Below the pieces are notes generated by a model. That model saw only the letters and a list, made by a program, of their open reading frames with translations. It was not told the origin of the DNA and searched no databases. The translations under genes and the position numbers were made by a program. From positions 832,001-896,000 of the forward strand of contig OY820591.1 of assembly GCA_963555985.3 (NCBI GenBank): a stretch of DNA of 64,000 nucleotides, in the 5' to 3' direction. Shown here one piece after another: positions 49,109-58,403 of the stretch. The first letter of the stretch is position 1. Every line of letters begins with the position of its first letter. Source of the stretch: Dehalococcoidia bacterium (GTDB lineage: Bacteria; Chloroflexota; Dehalococcoidia; Bin125).

Positions 49109-51400
49109 ATGGTTACGGCTCAGTCGAAAGAAACCGAGAAGTACAACGTCATCGGTACCCGTCCGATCCGCCACGACGGAGTGGACAAGGTCACCGGCGC
49201 GGCCCAGTACGGCGCTGATCTCAGCCTGCCCGGGATGCTGGCCGGACGTGTTCTGCGCAGCCCCCACGCGCACGCCCGGATCGTGAGCATCGACACCAGT
49301 AAGGCCGAAGCGCTCGAGGGCGTCCACGCTGTGATTACCAACGCCGACTTCCCGCGCGCCTCCGATGAGGTGATCGACACCGGCGAGGGCACCGCCCAGC
49401 TGAACTGGGTGCTGGACAACGTGATCGCTTCCGACAAGGTGCTCTACAAGGGCCACGCGGTGGCCGCTGTCGCTGCTGCGGACCATCACATCGCCGAGGA
49501 CGCGCTCGAACTGATCGAGGTCGAGTACGAGTTGCTCACGCCGGTACTCGATGTCCGCGACGCAATGGTTGACGGCTCGCCGCTGCTCCACGACAGCCTG
49601 CACACCGGCGAGATGGACGGCTCCAAGAGCGACAACGCCAGCAACACCGCCTCGCACCTCCAGTTCACCAAGGGCGACCTCGACGACGGCTTCGCCGATG
49701 CCGATGTCGTGATTGAGCGCGAGTTCGAGACCTCGATGGCGCACCAGGGCTACATCGAGCCGCATAACGGCTCCGCCTACTACCGCGCCGACGGCACGCT
49801 CGACATCTGGACTTCGACTCAGGGCGCATTCGTCGTGCGCGACTCGGTTGCGCCGCTGCTGCAACTCTCACCATCGCAGGTCAAGGTGACGCCGATGGAG
49901 ATCGGCGGCGGGTTCGGTGGCAAGATCCCCGTCTACCTCGAACCACTGGCCGCACTGCTCTCGCAGAAGACCGGCCGCCCGGTCAAGCTGACCATGAACC
50001 GCGAGGAAGTCCTGCTCGCCACCGGCCCGACCTCAGGTACCTACATGCGTGTCCGTATGGGCGCGAAGCGCGACGGCACGATCACGGCGGCTGACGTGCA
50101 CTTGGCCTTTGAGGCCGGCGCGTACCCCGGTTCGCCGGTCGGGGCCGGCGCGATGTGCGCGCTGGCGCCGTACGACATTCCCAACCAGCGGATCGACGGC
50201 TACGACGTGGTCGTGAACAAGCCGAAGACCGCCGCCTACCGAGCGCCCGGCGCGCCGCAGTCCGAGTTCGCCACCGAATCGGTGCTGAACGAGTTGGCGG
50301 AAGAGCTGGGCATTGACCCGCTCGAGATTCGGCTGAAGAACGCCTGTGAGGAAGGCGCGCAGCGCGCCGACGGCTTCACCTACGGCATCATCGGCAATGT
50401 CGAGTGCATGGTCGCAGCACAGGAATCGCCGCACTGGCAGTCGGAGCTCGAAGGCCCGAACCGCGGCCGCGGCGTTGCCCAGGGCTTCTGGTTCAACATC
50501 GGCTTCGAGTCCTCGGCCTACGCCCAGGTCAACGGCGACGGCACCGTGCCGCTCGTGCTCGGCTCGACCGACATCGGCGGTACCCGCGCCTCGATCGCGA
50601 TGCAGCTCGCCGAGACGCTCGGCATCTCCGCCGAGGAAGTGCATCCGCACGTGGTTGACACCAACTCGGTCGGTTACACGCAGGTCACCGGCGGCAGCCG
50701 CACGACCTTCGCCGGCGGCTGGGCCGCCTACGAGTGCGCGATGGACATCCGCCGTCAGATGGAAGCACGCGCCGCCCAGATCTGGGAGTGCGACGCGGAC
50801 GACGTCGAATACGGCGACGACGCGATCATTCGCGGTCCCGCCGACGAGGACGGCAACGACCGCCAGTTCACGTTCAAGGAGCTCGCCGGCCAGCTCGCCG
50901 CCAGCGGCGGCCACATCGTCGGTCGCGCGGACGTGAACAAGACCTCCAGCGGCCCCGCCTTTGCCACGCACATCGTTGACGTCGAGGTCGATCCCGACAC
51001 CGGCAAGGTAGACATCCTCCGCTACACCGCCGTCCAGGACGCCGGCACTGCCATCCACCCGGCCTACGTCGAGGGTCAGATGCAGGGCGGCGTCTCCCAG
51101 GGCGTCGGCATGGCCCTGAACGAGGAGTACTACTACGACGACTCCGGCGACCTCAAGAACGCCAGCCTGCTCGACTACCGGATGCCGACCGCGCTCGACC
51201 TGCCGATGATCGACCCGATCATCGTCGAGGTGCCGAACCCAGGTCACCCCTACGGCGTGCGCGGCGTCGGCGAGGTGCCGATCATTCCGCCCGCCCCGGC
51301 CGTGCGAGCCGCCATCGCCAACGCGATCGGCGTGCATATGTCCGAACTACCGATGTCGCCGCGAGCGATCCTCGACGCGACCATGCCGGACGAGGACTAA
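49109..51400 (+). CDS. Xanthine dehydrogenase family molybdopterin-binding subunit
   Basis: DKVTGAA.Y, LRSPHAHARI, GGGFGGK, AYRAPG, VEGQMQGG, RGVGE. Confidence 0.93.
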   Translation: MVTAQSKETEKYNVIGTRPIRHDGVDKVTGAAQYGADLSLPGMLAGRVLRSPHAHARIVSIDTSKAEALEGVHAVITNADFPRASDEVIDTGEGTAQLNWVLDNVIASDKVLYKGHAVAAVAAADHHIAEDALELIEVEYELLTPVLDVRDAMVDGSPLLHDSLHTGEMDGSKSDNASNTASHLQFTKGDLDDGFADADVVIEREFETSMAHQGYIEPHNGSAYYRADGTLDIWTSTQGAFVVRDSVAPLLQLSPSQVKVTPMEIGGGFGGKIPVYLEPLAALLSQKTGRPVKLTMNREEVLLATGPTSGTYMRVRMGAKRDGTITAADVHLAFEAGAYPGSPVGAGAMCALAPYDIPNQRIDGYDVVVNKPKTAAYRAPGAPQSEFATESVLNELAEELGIDPLEIRLKNACEEGAQRADGFTYGIIGNVECMVAAQESPHWQSELEGPNRGRGVAQGFWFNIGFESSAYAQVNGDGTVPLVLGSTDIGGTRASIAMQLAETLGISAEEVHPHVVDTNSVGYTQVTGGSRTTFAGGWAAYECAMDIRRQMEARAAQIWECDADDVEYGDDAIIRGPADEDGNDRQFTFKELAGQLAASGGHIVGRADVNKTSSGPAFATHIVDVEVDPDTGKVDILRYTAVQDAGTAIHPAYVEGQMQGGVSQGVGMALNEEYYYDDSGDLKNASLLDYRMPTALDLPMIDPIIVEVPNPGHPYGVRGVGEVPIIPPAPAVRAAIANAIGVHMSELPMSPRAILDATMPDED

Positions 51401-51489
51401 CCCTCCAAGCAACCGGTAGACACACAACGAGGGCGGCTCCGCGGCAGATGCGGGCCGCCCTCGGTCGTACCGGCGATAAAGGCCTGAGC

Positions 51490-51753
51490 ATGATCACAGT
51501 CCTCGTTCCACAGCCGCTGAGAACGCTGACAGACGGTGAGGGCGTGCTCACTGCGGAAGGACATAATCTCCGCAGCGTGATTCGGGATCTGGGTCAGCGC
51601 TACCCGGAGTTGGCCGAGCGGCTGGTGCAGAACGGACGCATCGGGCGAGGCCTGTCGCTGGCGATCAATGGTGATGTGGTGAGCACAGGTCTGATCACCA
51701 AGGTGCCGGAGGGCGCGGAGATCGCGATCGTGCCGCAGATCAGCGGCGGCTAG
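51490..51753 (+). CDS. MoaD/ThiS-family sulfur carrier
   Basis: Ubiquitin-like size with C-terminal ISGG; follows the Mo-enzyme genes. Confidence 0.85.
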   Translation: MITVLVPQPLRTLTDGEGVLTAEGHNLRSVIRDLGQRYPELAERLVQNGRIGRGLSLAINGDVVSTGLITKVPEGAEIAIVPQISGG

Positions 51754-53357
51754 AGGAGGCGTCGGAATTCACGACCGAGTGCGATGGGGAGCTCAGGGAA
51801 TTTGCCGTTGAAGTACTCGGTGATGGACCAAAGCTGGACGCGGGGATAGCTGCGATCGCCGATTCGGACGACTCCGGCGCGGGCGGCGGTCGCAGGTGCT
51901 GTGCTGCGGGAACCCGGCGGGTCCATCACAATCAGGACACCGAGATCAGCCGAGGTGGTTGGGTCTTCCATCGCTCCGATCAACTCACGGACATCCTTCA
52001 CATTCCAGTCGCCGGACTTGACTTGCGCGACGGCTATGCCGGTATCCGTCCGACGCTGCCCTGGGCCGTTCGGTTTTGAGAATCGCATCTGTCCGTCCAC
52101 ACCGCCATCGCCTCGTTGTCTTCGGTTCGGGCGAAAGCCATCCAGACGGGTCACGGCCCAGGCTTCAAACTGGAACCGATCTCTCTGGGCGAGGTCGCGT
52201 GCAGCGCCCAGATCCTGAGGCGCTCCGACAATTCGTGGAGTCACGCCCACTTCCGCGAGTCGGCTCTCAACTAGTCCGATCGCCAAGTGAGTGATGTCGA
52301 TCCCGATCCATTCACGGTTGCAGGCTTGTGCAGCGCGAATCGCTGTTCCGCAGCCGCAGAACGGATCGAGGACGACATCGCCCGGGTTCGAGGAAGTCTC
52401 AATAATGCGCTCCAGCAGCTTCAGCGGTTTCTGGGTCTGGAAGCCGCGCCATTCCTTGTACCTGTGGCTCTGGCGCACTTCGGGGATATCGGTCCAAACC
52501 GAACGTGTTCGGGACGGGTTAATCGTGAAAGCGACATCATCGTCTCTCGGGCTTTGGCCGGTGCGTCGTTCAATCCGCGCGCGACTCCTTGCTTCCTCGA
52601 CTTGTTCATGCTTGATCGAGCCGTAGAGCACGGTCCTGCCGTCGTCTTCGAGGTACTGACCCCAGCGCCGCTGCATCTGTTCCGAGATCGCGTCCTGACG
52701 CGGCAAGTGAAACGTCCAACTGTCTCCGCGTGTATAGAACAGCAATGTGTCGTGTTTGCGGGGGAAGACTTTGCTGGCGCTCGTAAGCGCGGAAGCTCGA
52801 TAGTGCCAGATGATCTCGTTTCGATAGTTCGCCTGTCCGAGTACGGCATCCAGCATGATTTTGAGGTAGTGGCTCGCTGTTGGATCACAATGCAGATAGA
52901 GGGAACCGGTCGTCTTGAGGACGCGCTTCATTTCGCACAGACGGATCGCCATCATCGCCAGATAGGCCGTCATCTGGTTTGTGCCCAAAGCGCGTACGAG
53001 CGATTCCAGTAATTGTCCAGCCTCAATACAGGGCGAGGAGTCGCTGAGCAATTCAGTCAGAGCCAATTCAGATTCGTGGCCCCAGTGCCATGTGTCCTCA
53101 TAGGCCAGAATCTGTGAGGGCGCAGCCCGCCCGGATTCGTCTTCGAAGAGCACGTTGTAGTCGGTGTTCGAGTTGAACGGCGGATCTAGATAGATCAGGT
53201 CGATGCTCTCGTCGGGGATCTGTTCCCGCATGACGGAGAGGTTGTCGCCGAAGAACAGCGTTCCCCTGAGATGATCAGCGGCTGGCATTTCGACCTCCGC
53301 CTCAAACTCTAGCTCGCTCTGCCGTCGCAGCACGGTCGGCGCCTTGAAGGTGCTCAA
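51750..53357 (-). CDS. Beta-class DNA methyltransferase fused to a C-terminal Mrr-like endonuclease domain
   Basis: YLDPPFNS, TQKPLKLLERII, VLDPFCGCGT; C-terminal QFEAWAV...DGGVDG...AQVKSG; start may be ATG 53288. Confidence 0.88.
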   Translation of the reverse strand: MSTFKAPTVLRRQSELEFEAEVEMPAADHLRGTLFFGDNLSVMREQIPDESIDLIYLDPPFNSNTDYNVLFEDESGRAAPSQILAYEDTWHWGHESELALTELLSDSSPCIEAGQLLESLVRALGTNQMTAYLAMMAIRLCEMKRVLKTTGSLYLHCDPTASHYLKIMLDAVLGQANYRNEIIWHYRASALTSASKVFPRKHDTLLFYTRGDSWTFHLPRQDAISEQMQRRWGQYLEDDGRTVLYGSIKHEQVEEARSRARIERRTGQSPRDDDVAFTINPSRTRSVWTDIPEVRQSHRYKEWRGFQTQKPLKLLERIIETSSNPGDVVLDPFCGCGTAIRAAQACNREWIGIDITHLAIGLVESRLAEVGVTPRIVGAPQDLGAARDLAQRDRFQFEAWAVTRLDGFRPNRRQRGDGGVDGQMRFSKPNGPGQRRTDTGIAVAQVKSGDWNVKDVRELIGAMEDPTTSADLGVLIVMDPPGSRSTAPATAARAGVVRIGDRSYPRVQLWSITEYFNGKFPELPIALGREFRRLL

Positions 53358-53417
53358 GTTTGGTCGACCGAACGGATTGCGCGGGAGGCCAGCCTCTAAA
53401 TCGCACGCGCAGATCGA

Positions 53418-53753
53418 CTACGGCCCTGTGCTCAACCCGAGGTGCAGTTGCAGTGCCCGGCTCAAGGCACGTAGGCCTGACTCGTCTAGCTCTCCGATCT
53501 TTGCGTCGATGCGCGAGCGATACACGGTCGTCACCTTGTCAACCATGATCTCGGATAGTTCGCGCAAGCCGTTCTGTGCGCTCGGCTCGACGAGAATTCG
53601 GAGACCAGAATCCTCTGTCAGCATCGTTGTTAGACCACAGATGGTGACGGATCCTGACGAGCCGAATTGGGTGTTCTGGACGATGACGCAGGGTCGCGGT
53701 TTGTTCAGATAGTCCCCACCACCCGCCACGATCCAGATCTCGCCGCGCTTCAC
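53418..53753 (-). CDS. PemK/MazF family toxin (endoribonuclease)
   Basis: MKRGEIW...KPRPCVIVQ, LTT, R..VEPS..NGL...SEIMVDK, IGELD. Confidence 0.92.
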   Translation of the reverse strand: MKRGEIWIVAGGGDYLNKPRPCVIVQNTQFGSSGSVTICGLTTMLTEDSGLRILVEPSAQNGLRELSEIMVDKVTTVYRSRIDAKIGELDESGLRALSRALQLHLGLSTGP

Positions 53754-55138
53754 TCGTCGTCGATCTCATCGAGCGGGATCGAGACTGATTCCACCCAGGC
53801 CATCTCCTCGTCCGCGTGTGGGTTGTTCTCCAGAGCCCGCGCTTCCCGCTGCATTGCCGCTTCGAATTCGGGCGAGGCGGGATCCATGTCCAGGACCTTC
53901 ATGGTCTCTCGCTTCTTGGCGACCGTCTCATTCTCTGCCGTCAGCAGCGCAATTGACGCCGTGAAGCCGTGCAGATAGTTTGACCCTCCTACCGGACCAA
54001 TCTCCCCGTTGCAGAAGAAGCCGGCGGTCGGTGTGGGACCGAACGCCTCCGTCAGTGCGGCGGCGTCGTGATCCGGCGCTCCGAAGAGGCCGCGGCCGCG
54101 ACCGTTGCAGGAACAGAGCAGCGCGCCCAGGACTTCCTCACCAGGATCCAATTTTGAGCGGAGATCGGAGAGCCGCGTGCGCAGATCGTCGTCGGCTGCG
54201 CCAGCGTCGCGGAATTGGAACTGAAAGGTTTGGCCGAGGCGGGGGACTTCGTTGATCGCCACTGCGCCGGACTCGCGGTCGGCGCCCATCACGTTGCGGA
54301 TCAGGAAGTCGCCGCGCTCGTGCGACTCGCGGTATTCGTCCATGGCCAGCCCGGCGAGCAAATTGCGAGCTGCGCGTTCGCGCGTGGCGTCGTCGAGCGC
54401 GAACAGCGTCTCGGTCAGCACTTCCAAAGCCGGACGCGAGCCCAGAGTCTTGATCATGTTGGCTTCGCAGTCGGTCACGATCCAGGGCTGACCCAGCGGC
54501 TCCGCGCCCTGCGCGACCACGGGCCGCACGCGCACGCCGCCCAGACCCATCATCGCTGCTCCGTTCATTAACACGCGGTCGTCAATGAAGACGGCCGCGC
54601 CCTGCTGTTGGCGGTGCGACGAGGCCATCCCGCCCAGCAGGGTCAGCTCGGGCCGCAGCTGCTGGAGATGCGCCACCAGCTGGTCGGTCATGATCGTGAA
54701 CGGGTTCGTGAACATCAGCCAGACATCGGGACCGTCCGCCAGCGGCGCGAACAAGTCGTCGGGCATGTGCTGCGGATCGATGGCGATCGAGGTCAACGCG
54801 GCGTCGGGCAAGTGAAACGCCAGCAACGCCATCGCGGATCCGTCCTCCGCCTCGAGCGACGATCCAATTACCCGTTGGCCCGAGGCTCCAATCAGGTGAC
54901 GCGCGCCGGTGGCGCTGCGCAGCCGCTCGATCATCTCGCTGTAGTGGCCGGCGTAGCGCGAATCGATGAAGACCAACAGCAGCTCCGGGGCTGTCTCCAG
55001 GTTCAGGGCGTTGACGGCGCTTTCACAGGCGGCCTCCCAATCGGGATCGAATGCCAGCGACGCGGCGGCCGCCGACTCTCCGACCTGCGTGTGCGCGACT
55101 CCCGGCGCAGATGCTTCGCGGATCGTCTCGATGCTCAT
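53750..55138 (-). CDS. FIST/NosP-like sensor protein with an in-frame C-terminal MazE/DUF3018-like extension
   Basis: LLGGMAS, VVAQGAEPLG, FLIRNVMGAD, FQFQFRD, SCNGRG, GFFCNGEIGPVG...HGFTAS, then about 60 extra aa ending DEEMAWVESVSIPLDEIDDE; stop overlaps the mazF start. Confidence 0.85.
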   Translation of the reverse strand: MSIETIREASAPGVAHTQVGESAAAASLAFDPDWEAACESAVNALNLETAPELLLVFIDSRYAGHYSEMIERLRSATGARHLIGASGQRVIGSSLEAEDGSAMALLAFHLPDAALTSIAIDPQHMPDDLFAPLADGPDVWLMFTNPFTIMTDQLVAHLQQLRPELTLLGGMASSHRQQQGAAVFIDDRVLMNGAAMMGLGGVRVRPVVAQGAEPLGQPWIVTDCEANMIKTLGSRPALEVLTETLFALDDATRERAARNLLAGLAMDEYRESHERGDFLIRNVMGADRESGAVAINEVPRLGQTFQFQFRDAGAADDDLRTRLSDLRSKLDPGEEVLGALLCSCNGRGRGLFGAPDHDAAALTEAFGPTPTAGFFCNGEIGPVGGSNYLHGFTASIALLTAENETVAKKRETMKVLDMDPASPEFEAAMQREARALENNPHADEEMAWVESVSIPLDEIDDE

Positions 55139-55254
55139 GTCAGCCTCCCTCTCGCCGCCGCTGCAAGGGCTTGGGCCGGATCGATGCATAATGCGATCCT
55201 GCCGTTGATCGGAGTGTAGGTGCGCATTCGCGGCTCTGGGGTAGCATCGGGAAC

Positions 55255-56169
55255 ATGTCTACTCTCACGGCGGGAGAGCTCGACGAACTCTGCCAAGCGG
55301 CACGTTCATTGGCGGAGCGCGCAGGCGTCGTATTGCTTGATCGTTTTCAATCTTCGCTGCATATCTCGTACAAAGGTCAGAGCGCGCACGATCCTGTCAC
55401 CGAGGTCGATCACGCGATCGAGGACATGGTGCGTGAAGAAGTGCATCAGCTCTTCCCCGAGCACGGTGTGTTGGGGGAAGAGCGCGATGAGGGAGGACCA
55501 AGCTCGGCCGAAGTGGTCTGGGTGATTGATCCGCTTGACGGCACCAGCAACTTCATCAATGGCATCGGCGTGTTCGCCTGTTCAATCGGCATCCTCGAGC
55601 GCGGCTTGCCTATTGCGGGCGCAATGTTTTTGCCCACGAATCGCTACCTGCGCCCGGGCGTGTATCACGCCAGACGCGGTTCCGGCCTTTATTTCGACGA
55701 CGAACGCGCCGATTGCACGCCGCCGTCGGTACAGTCGGCCAGTCGGCTCAGCACGGTTCCTGGCGGTACTGGCGGCGTGACTGGCCCGGCCGGGCGACGA
55801 TTCGGCGTAGCGCGGACATTCGGCAGCGCCGCCGCCGAACTCGCCTTCGCCGCCGAGGGTTCGGTCCAGATGGCGCTGTTCGACGGACCGCAGATTTGGG
55901 ACGTGGCCGGCGGTGTGGTGCTCTGTCAGGAAGCCGGACGCGCCATCTTCACTCGCCACGGGCGATCGCAGCCGTGGCAGCGGTTCACCCACTTCGGACA
56001 GGATCAGCCCGAGCCCGTACTGATCGAGAACCTGCGTGGCTGGCGCGACGGTCTCGTAGCCGGAGATCCGGCGGTGTTGCCCGCGGTCGCAGAAGATCTC
56101 AGCCGCGAGCAAGGTATCCGGGCCAGCGCGCGCCGCGCGGTGAAGAAGACACTGCTGCGCAAGGAGTAG
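55255..56169 (+). CDS. Inositol monophosphatase family protein
   Basis: VLGEE, WVIDPLDGTSNF, GSAA, WDVAGG. Confidence 0.9.
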   Translation: MSTLTAGELDELCQAARSLAERAGVVLLDRFQSSLHISYKGQSAHDPVTEVDHAIEDMVREEVHQLFPEHGVLGEERDEGGPSSAEVVWVIDPLDGTSNFINGIGVFACSIGILERGLPIAGAMFLPTNRYLRPGVYHARRGSGLYFDDERADCTPPSVQSASRLSTVPGGTGGVTGPAGRRFGVARTFGSAAAELAFAAEGSVQMALFDGPQIWDVAGGVVLCQEAGRAIFTRHGRSQPWQRFTHFGQDQPEPVLIENLRGWRDGLVAGDPAVLPAVAEDLSREQGIRASARRAVKKTLLRKE

Positions 56170-56171
56170 CG

Positions 56172-57095
56172 CTATGCGTGTACGACTGGCAACACCTCGT
56201 CGAAGAGCCGCTGCGACTGATACATGATCGGGTCGTCGCCGCGCGCCATCGGGCGCATGATGAACTTGCTCACGCCGGCCGCTCGGTACTCGTTCACTCG
56301 CTTGAGGATCTCCTCCGCGTCGCCGACCGCGAAGTAGGTGTCGGGGTTGACCTCCGGCAGACGCGCCTTGATTCCCCTGATCGTCATCTGCACGTCGGGG
56401 TCGTCCCAGGAGCCGAAGTGATAGCCGAAGCCCGCGCCGAAGTGATCGGGTTCGTAGTCGGTGCGACCAGCCTCGGCGAGAGCGGCGCGGATCTGCTGGA
56501 TGATTGGGCCCACCTCGTGCGCCGACTGGATTCCCGCGACCCAGCCTGTGCCGATTCGCGCCGTGCGGCGGATCGCTGCCTTGCTGTGCCCGCCGATCCA
56601 GAGCGGCAGCGGATCCTGCACCGGTCGGGGCGAGATCGTCGCATTGTCGTAGTGGAAGTGCTCGCCGTGATAGCTGAACGATTCCTCGTTCCACAGCCCG
56701 TTGATGATGTCCAGCATCTCGTCCGCGATCGGCGCGCGTCCGCGCAGCTGGCGATTGGTCACGTTCCACTCGGGCGCGAACCCGCCGCCGACGCCGAAGG
56801 CGGGCAGCATTCGCCCGTTGGAGAGAAAGTCAATCGTCGCGCACTGCTTGGCCAGGACGAGCGGGTCGCGGAAGCCGACCACGACCACGTTCATGCCGAA
56901 CTTGAGCTTCTCCGTGCGCGCCGCGAGCGCCGCCATGAACGTCATTGACTCCAGGATCGGTTCCCGCGAGATCAGGCGGTCGGTCTGCCAGATCGAGTCG
57001 ACGTCGTGCTCCTCGCAGAGGTCGATCCAGCGCCACATGGTGGCGACATCGGAGAAGGGGAAGTTGGCCAGGCCCATGCCAATGCGGTCGCTCAT
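56172..57095 (-). CDS. LLM-class flavin-dependent oxidoreductase
   Basis: DSIWQTDRL, RDPLVLAKQCATIDFLSNGR, PRPVQ..LPLWIGG. Confidence 0.9.
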   Translation of the reverse strand: MSDRIGMGLANFPFSDVATMWRWIDLCEEHDVDSIWQTDRLISREPILESMTFMAALAARTEKLKFGMNVVVVGFRDPLVLAKQCATIDFLSNGRMLPAFGVGGGFAPEWNVTNRQLRGRAPIADEMLDIINGLWNEESFSYHGEHFHYDNATISPRPVQDPLPLWIGGHSKAAIRRTARIGTGWVAGIQSAHEVGPIIQQIRAALAEAGRTDYEPDHFGAGFGYHFGSWDDPDVQMTIRGIKARLPEVNPDTYFAVGDAEEILKRVNEYRAAGVSKFIMRPMARGDDPIMYQSQRLFDEVLPVVHA

Positions 57096-57123
57096 CGTCG
57101 GTTCCTCTACTAGGTGCGTTGCC

Positions 57124-57771
57124 TTATGCGCTCAGCCTAAACGGTGGGTAGCGGTCGGTGATCAGCATGAAGCCGTAGGCCGCGACTCGCCAGCCGTAGC
57201 GCGTCACCCCGACGACGAAGTTGAACAGCACTCTCGGGTAACGGCCAGTCGCCAGAATCGCGAACCAGGCCGCGATGATCGCGAGCAGTGAGAGCACGCC
57301 GAGGATGACGAGCACGACGTAGTGCGGAATCAGCAGCAGCCATTTGACCAACGGCAGAAACCGATTGAGTTGCTCCGCCTCCGGGTAGTCGAAATCGAGG
57401 TGGATGCGTTGCTCCTCATCAGTGGAGGGGTATTCATCGGTGAGCAGTGCGGCGTAAGCGCCGATCCGCGACTCGAAGCGGAGGAAATGCACCAACACGT
57501 CGAACCACCAGCGCGGATACTTTTGCCGGACGACGATCATCAAGATCAGCGGCAACCAAAACATGCCCGCCCAGGCGCCGGAGACGTCGTTGCCCGCGAT
57601 CGCGCCATTCTCCGCCAGAGTGACGAACAGCACCGGCACTGCCGGCATTAGAGCCGCCACTATCGCGATCGGGATGATGAAGGGAATCCGCAACAGCGTG
57701 CTCAGGCGGTCGAGGCTGTCGGGATAGTCCACGTCATAGCGGACTGGATAAGCGTCGGTATCGCGTTCCAT
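57124..57771 (-). CDS. DUF4389-like membrane protein
   Basis: Internal duplication: YPRWWFD...AYAALLTDEYP and RYPRVLFNF...RVAAYGFMLITDRYPPF. Confidence 0.85.
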   Translation of the reverse strand: MERDTDAYPVRYDVDYPDSLDRLSTLLRIPFIIPIAIVAALMPAVPVLFVTLAENGAIAGNDVSGAWAGMFWLPLILMIVVRQKYPRWWFDVLVHFLRFESRIGAYAALLTDEYPSTDEEQRIHLDFDYPEAEQLNRFLPLVKWLLLIPHYVVLVILGVLSLLAIIAAWFAILATGRYPRVLFNFVVGVTRYGWRVAAYGFMLITDRYPPFRLSA

Positions 57772-57794
57772 CGGTCACCTCCAGTACGGGAATG

Positions 57795-58307
57795 CTAGTC
57801 GGTTTGACGCAGCGGACGCTGCCAGAAGGCGACGTCCCAGTACTTGCCGAACTTGTAGCCGGACTCGCGCCAGACGCCGCAGCGTGTGAAGCCGAGTCGT
57901 TCGATGGCCTTCTCGGACGGTTCGTTGGGGAGCGTGATCAGGGCGAAGAGTTGGTGCAGCCTCTCGACCTGCTGGAGTTCGTCGATCAGCGCGCGCACGA
58001 GCTTGGGGCCAAGTCCGCGCGCCGTTTCGCCGTCGCGGCAGTAGACGCTGAGTTCGACACTCGATGCATAAGCGGCCTTCCGGTGCAGCGGGCCTGAGTA
58101 GGACTTGCCGAGGATTTGGCCATCGTCATCCTCCGCGACGAGCACGCGATAGGGGCCGCTGTCCGAGTATTGCGAGAACCACTCACGGCGCCGGCGTTCG
58201 ACCGTGAACGGCTCCAGGTCGAATGTCGTGGGCGTGTTCAGGATGTAGTGGTTGTAGAGCTCGGTCAGTTGCGGCAGGTCGTCGTCCACCGCTGCTCGAA
58301 TACGCAT
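57795..58307 (-). CDS. GNAT acetyltransferase (phosphinothricin acetyltransferase-like)
   Basis: LYNHYI..T..TFD, ELSVY, PNEPS, GYKFGKYWDV. Confidence 0.88.
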   Translation of the reverse strand: MRIRAAVDDDLPQLTELYNHYILNTPTTFDLEPFTVERRRREWFSQYSDSGPYRVLVAEDDDGQILGKSYSGPLHRKAAYASSVELSVYCRDGETARGLGPKLVRALIDELQQVERLHQLFALITLPNEPSEKAIERLGFTRCGVWRESGYKFGKYWDVAFWQRPLRQTD

Positions 58308-58403
58308 CGCTCCTCCTCGCCGATCAGCCCGCCAGACGCTTGTGTAGCTGCGATTGCCTACACTCGCCCCAATCTACTGCGCGACGACTGAGGAGACGAC
58401 GTC

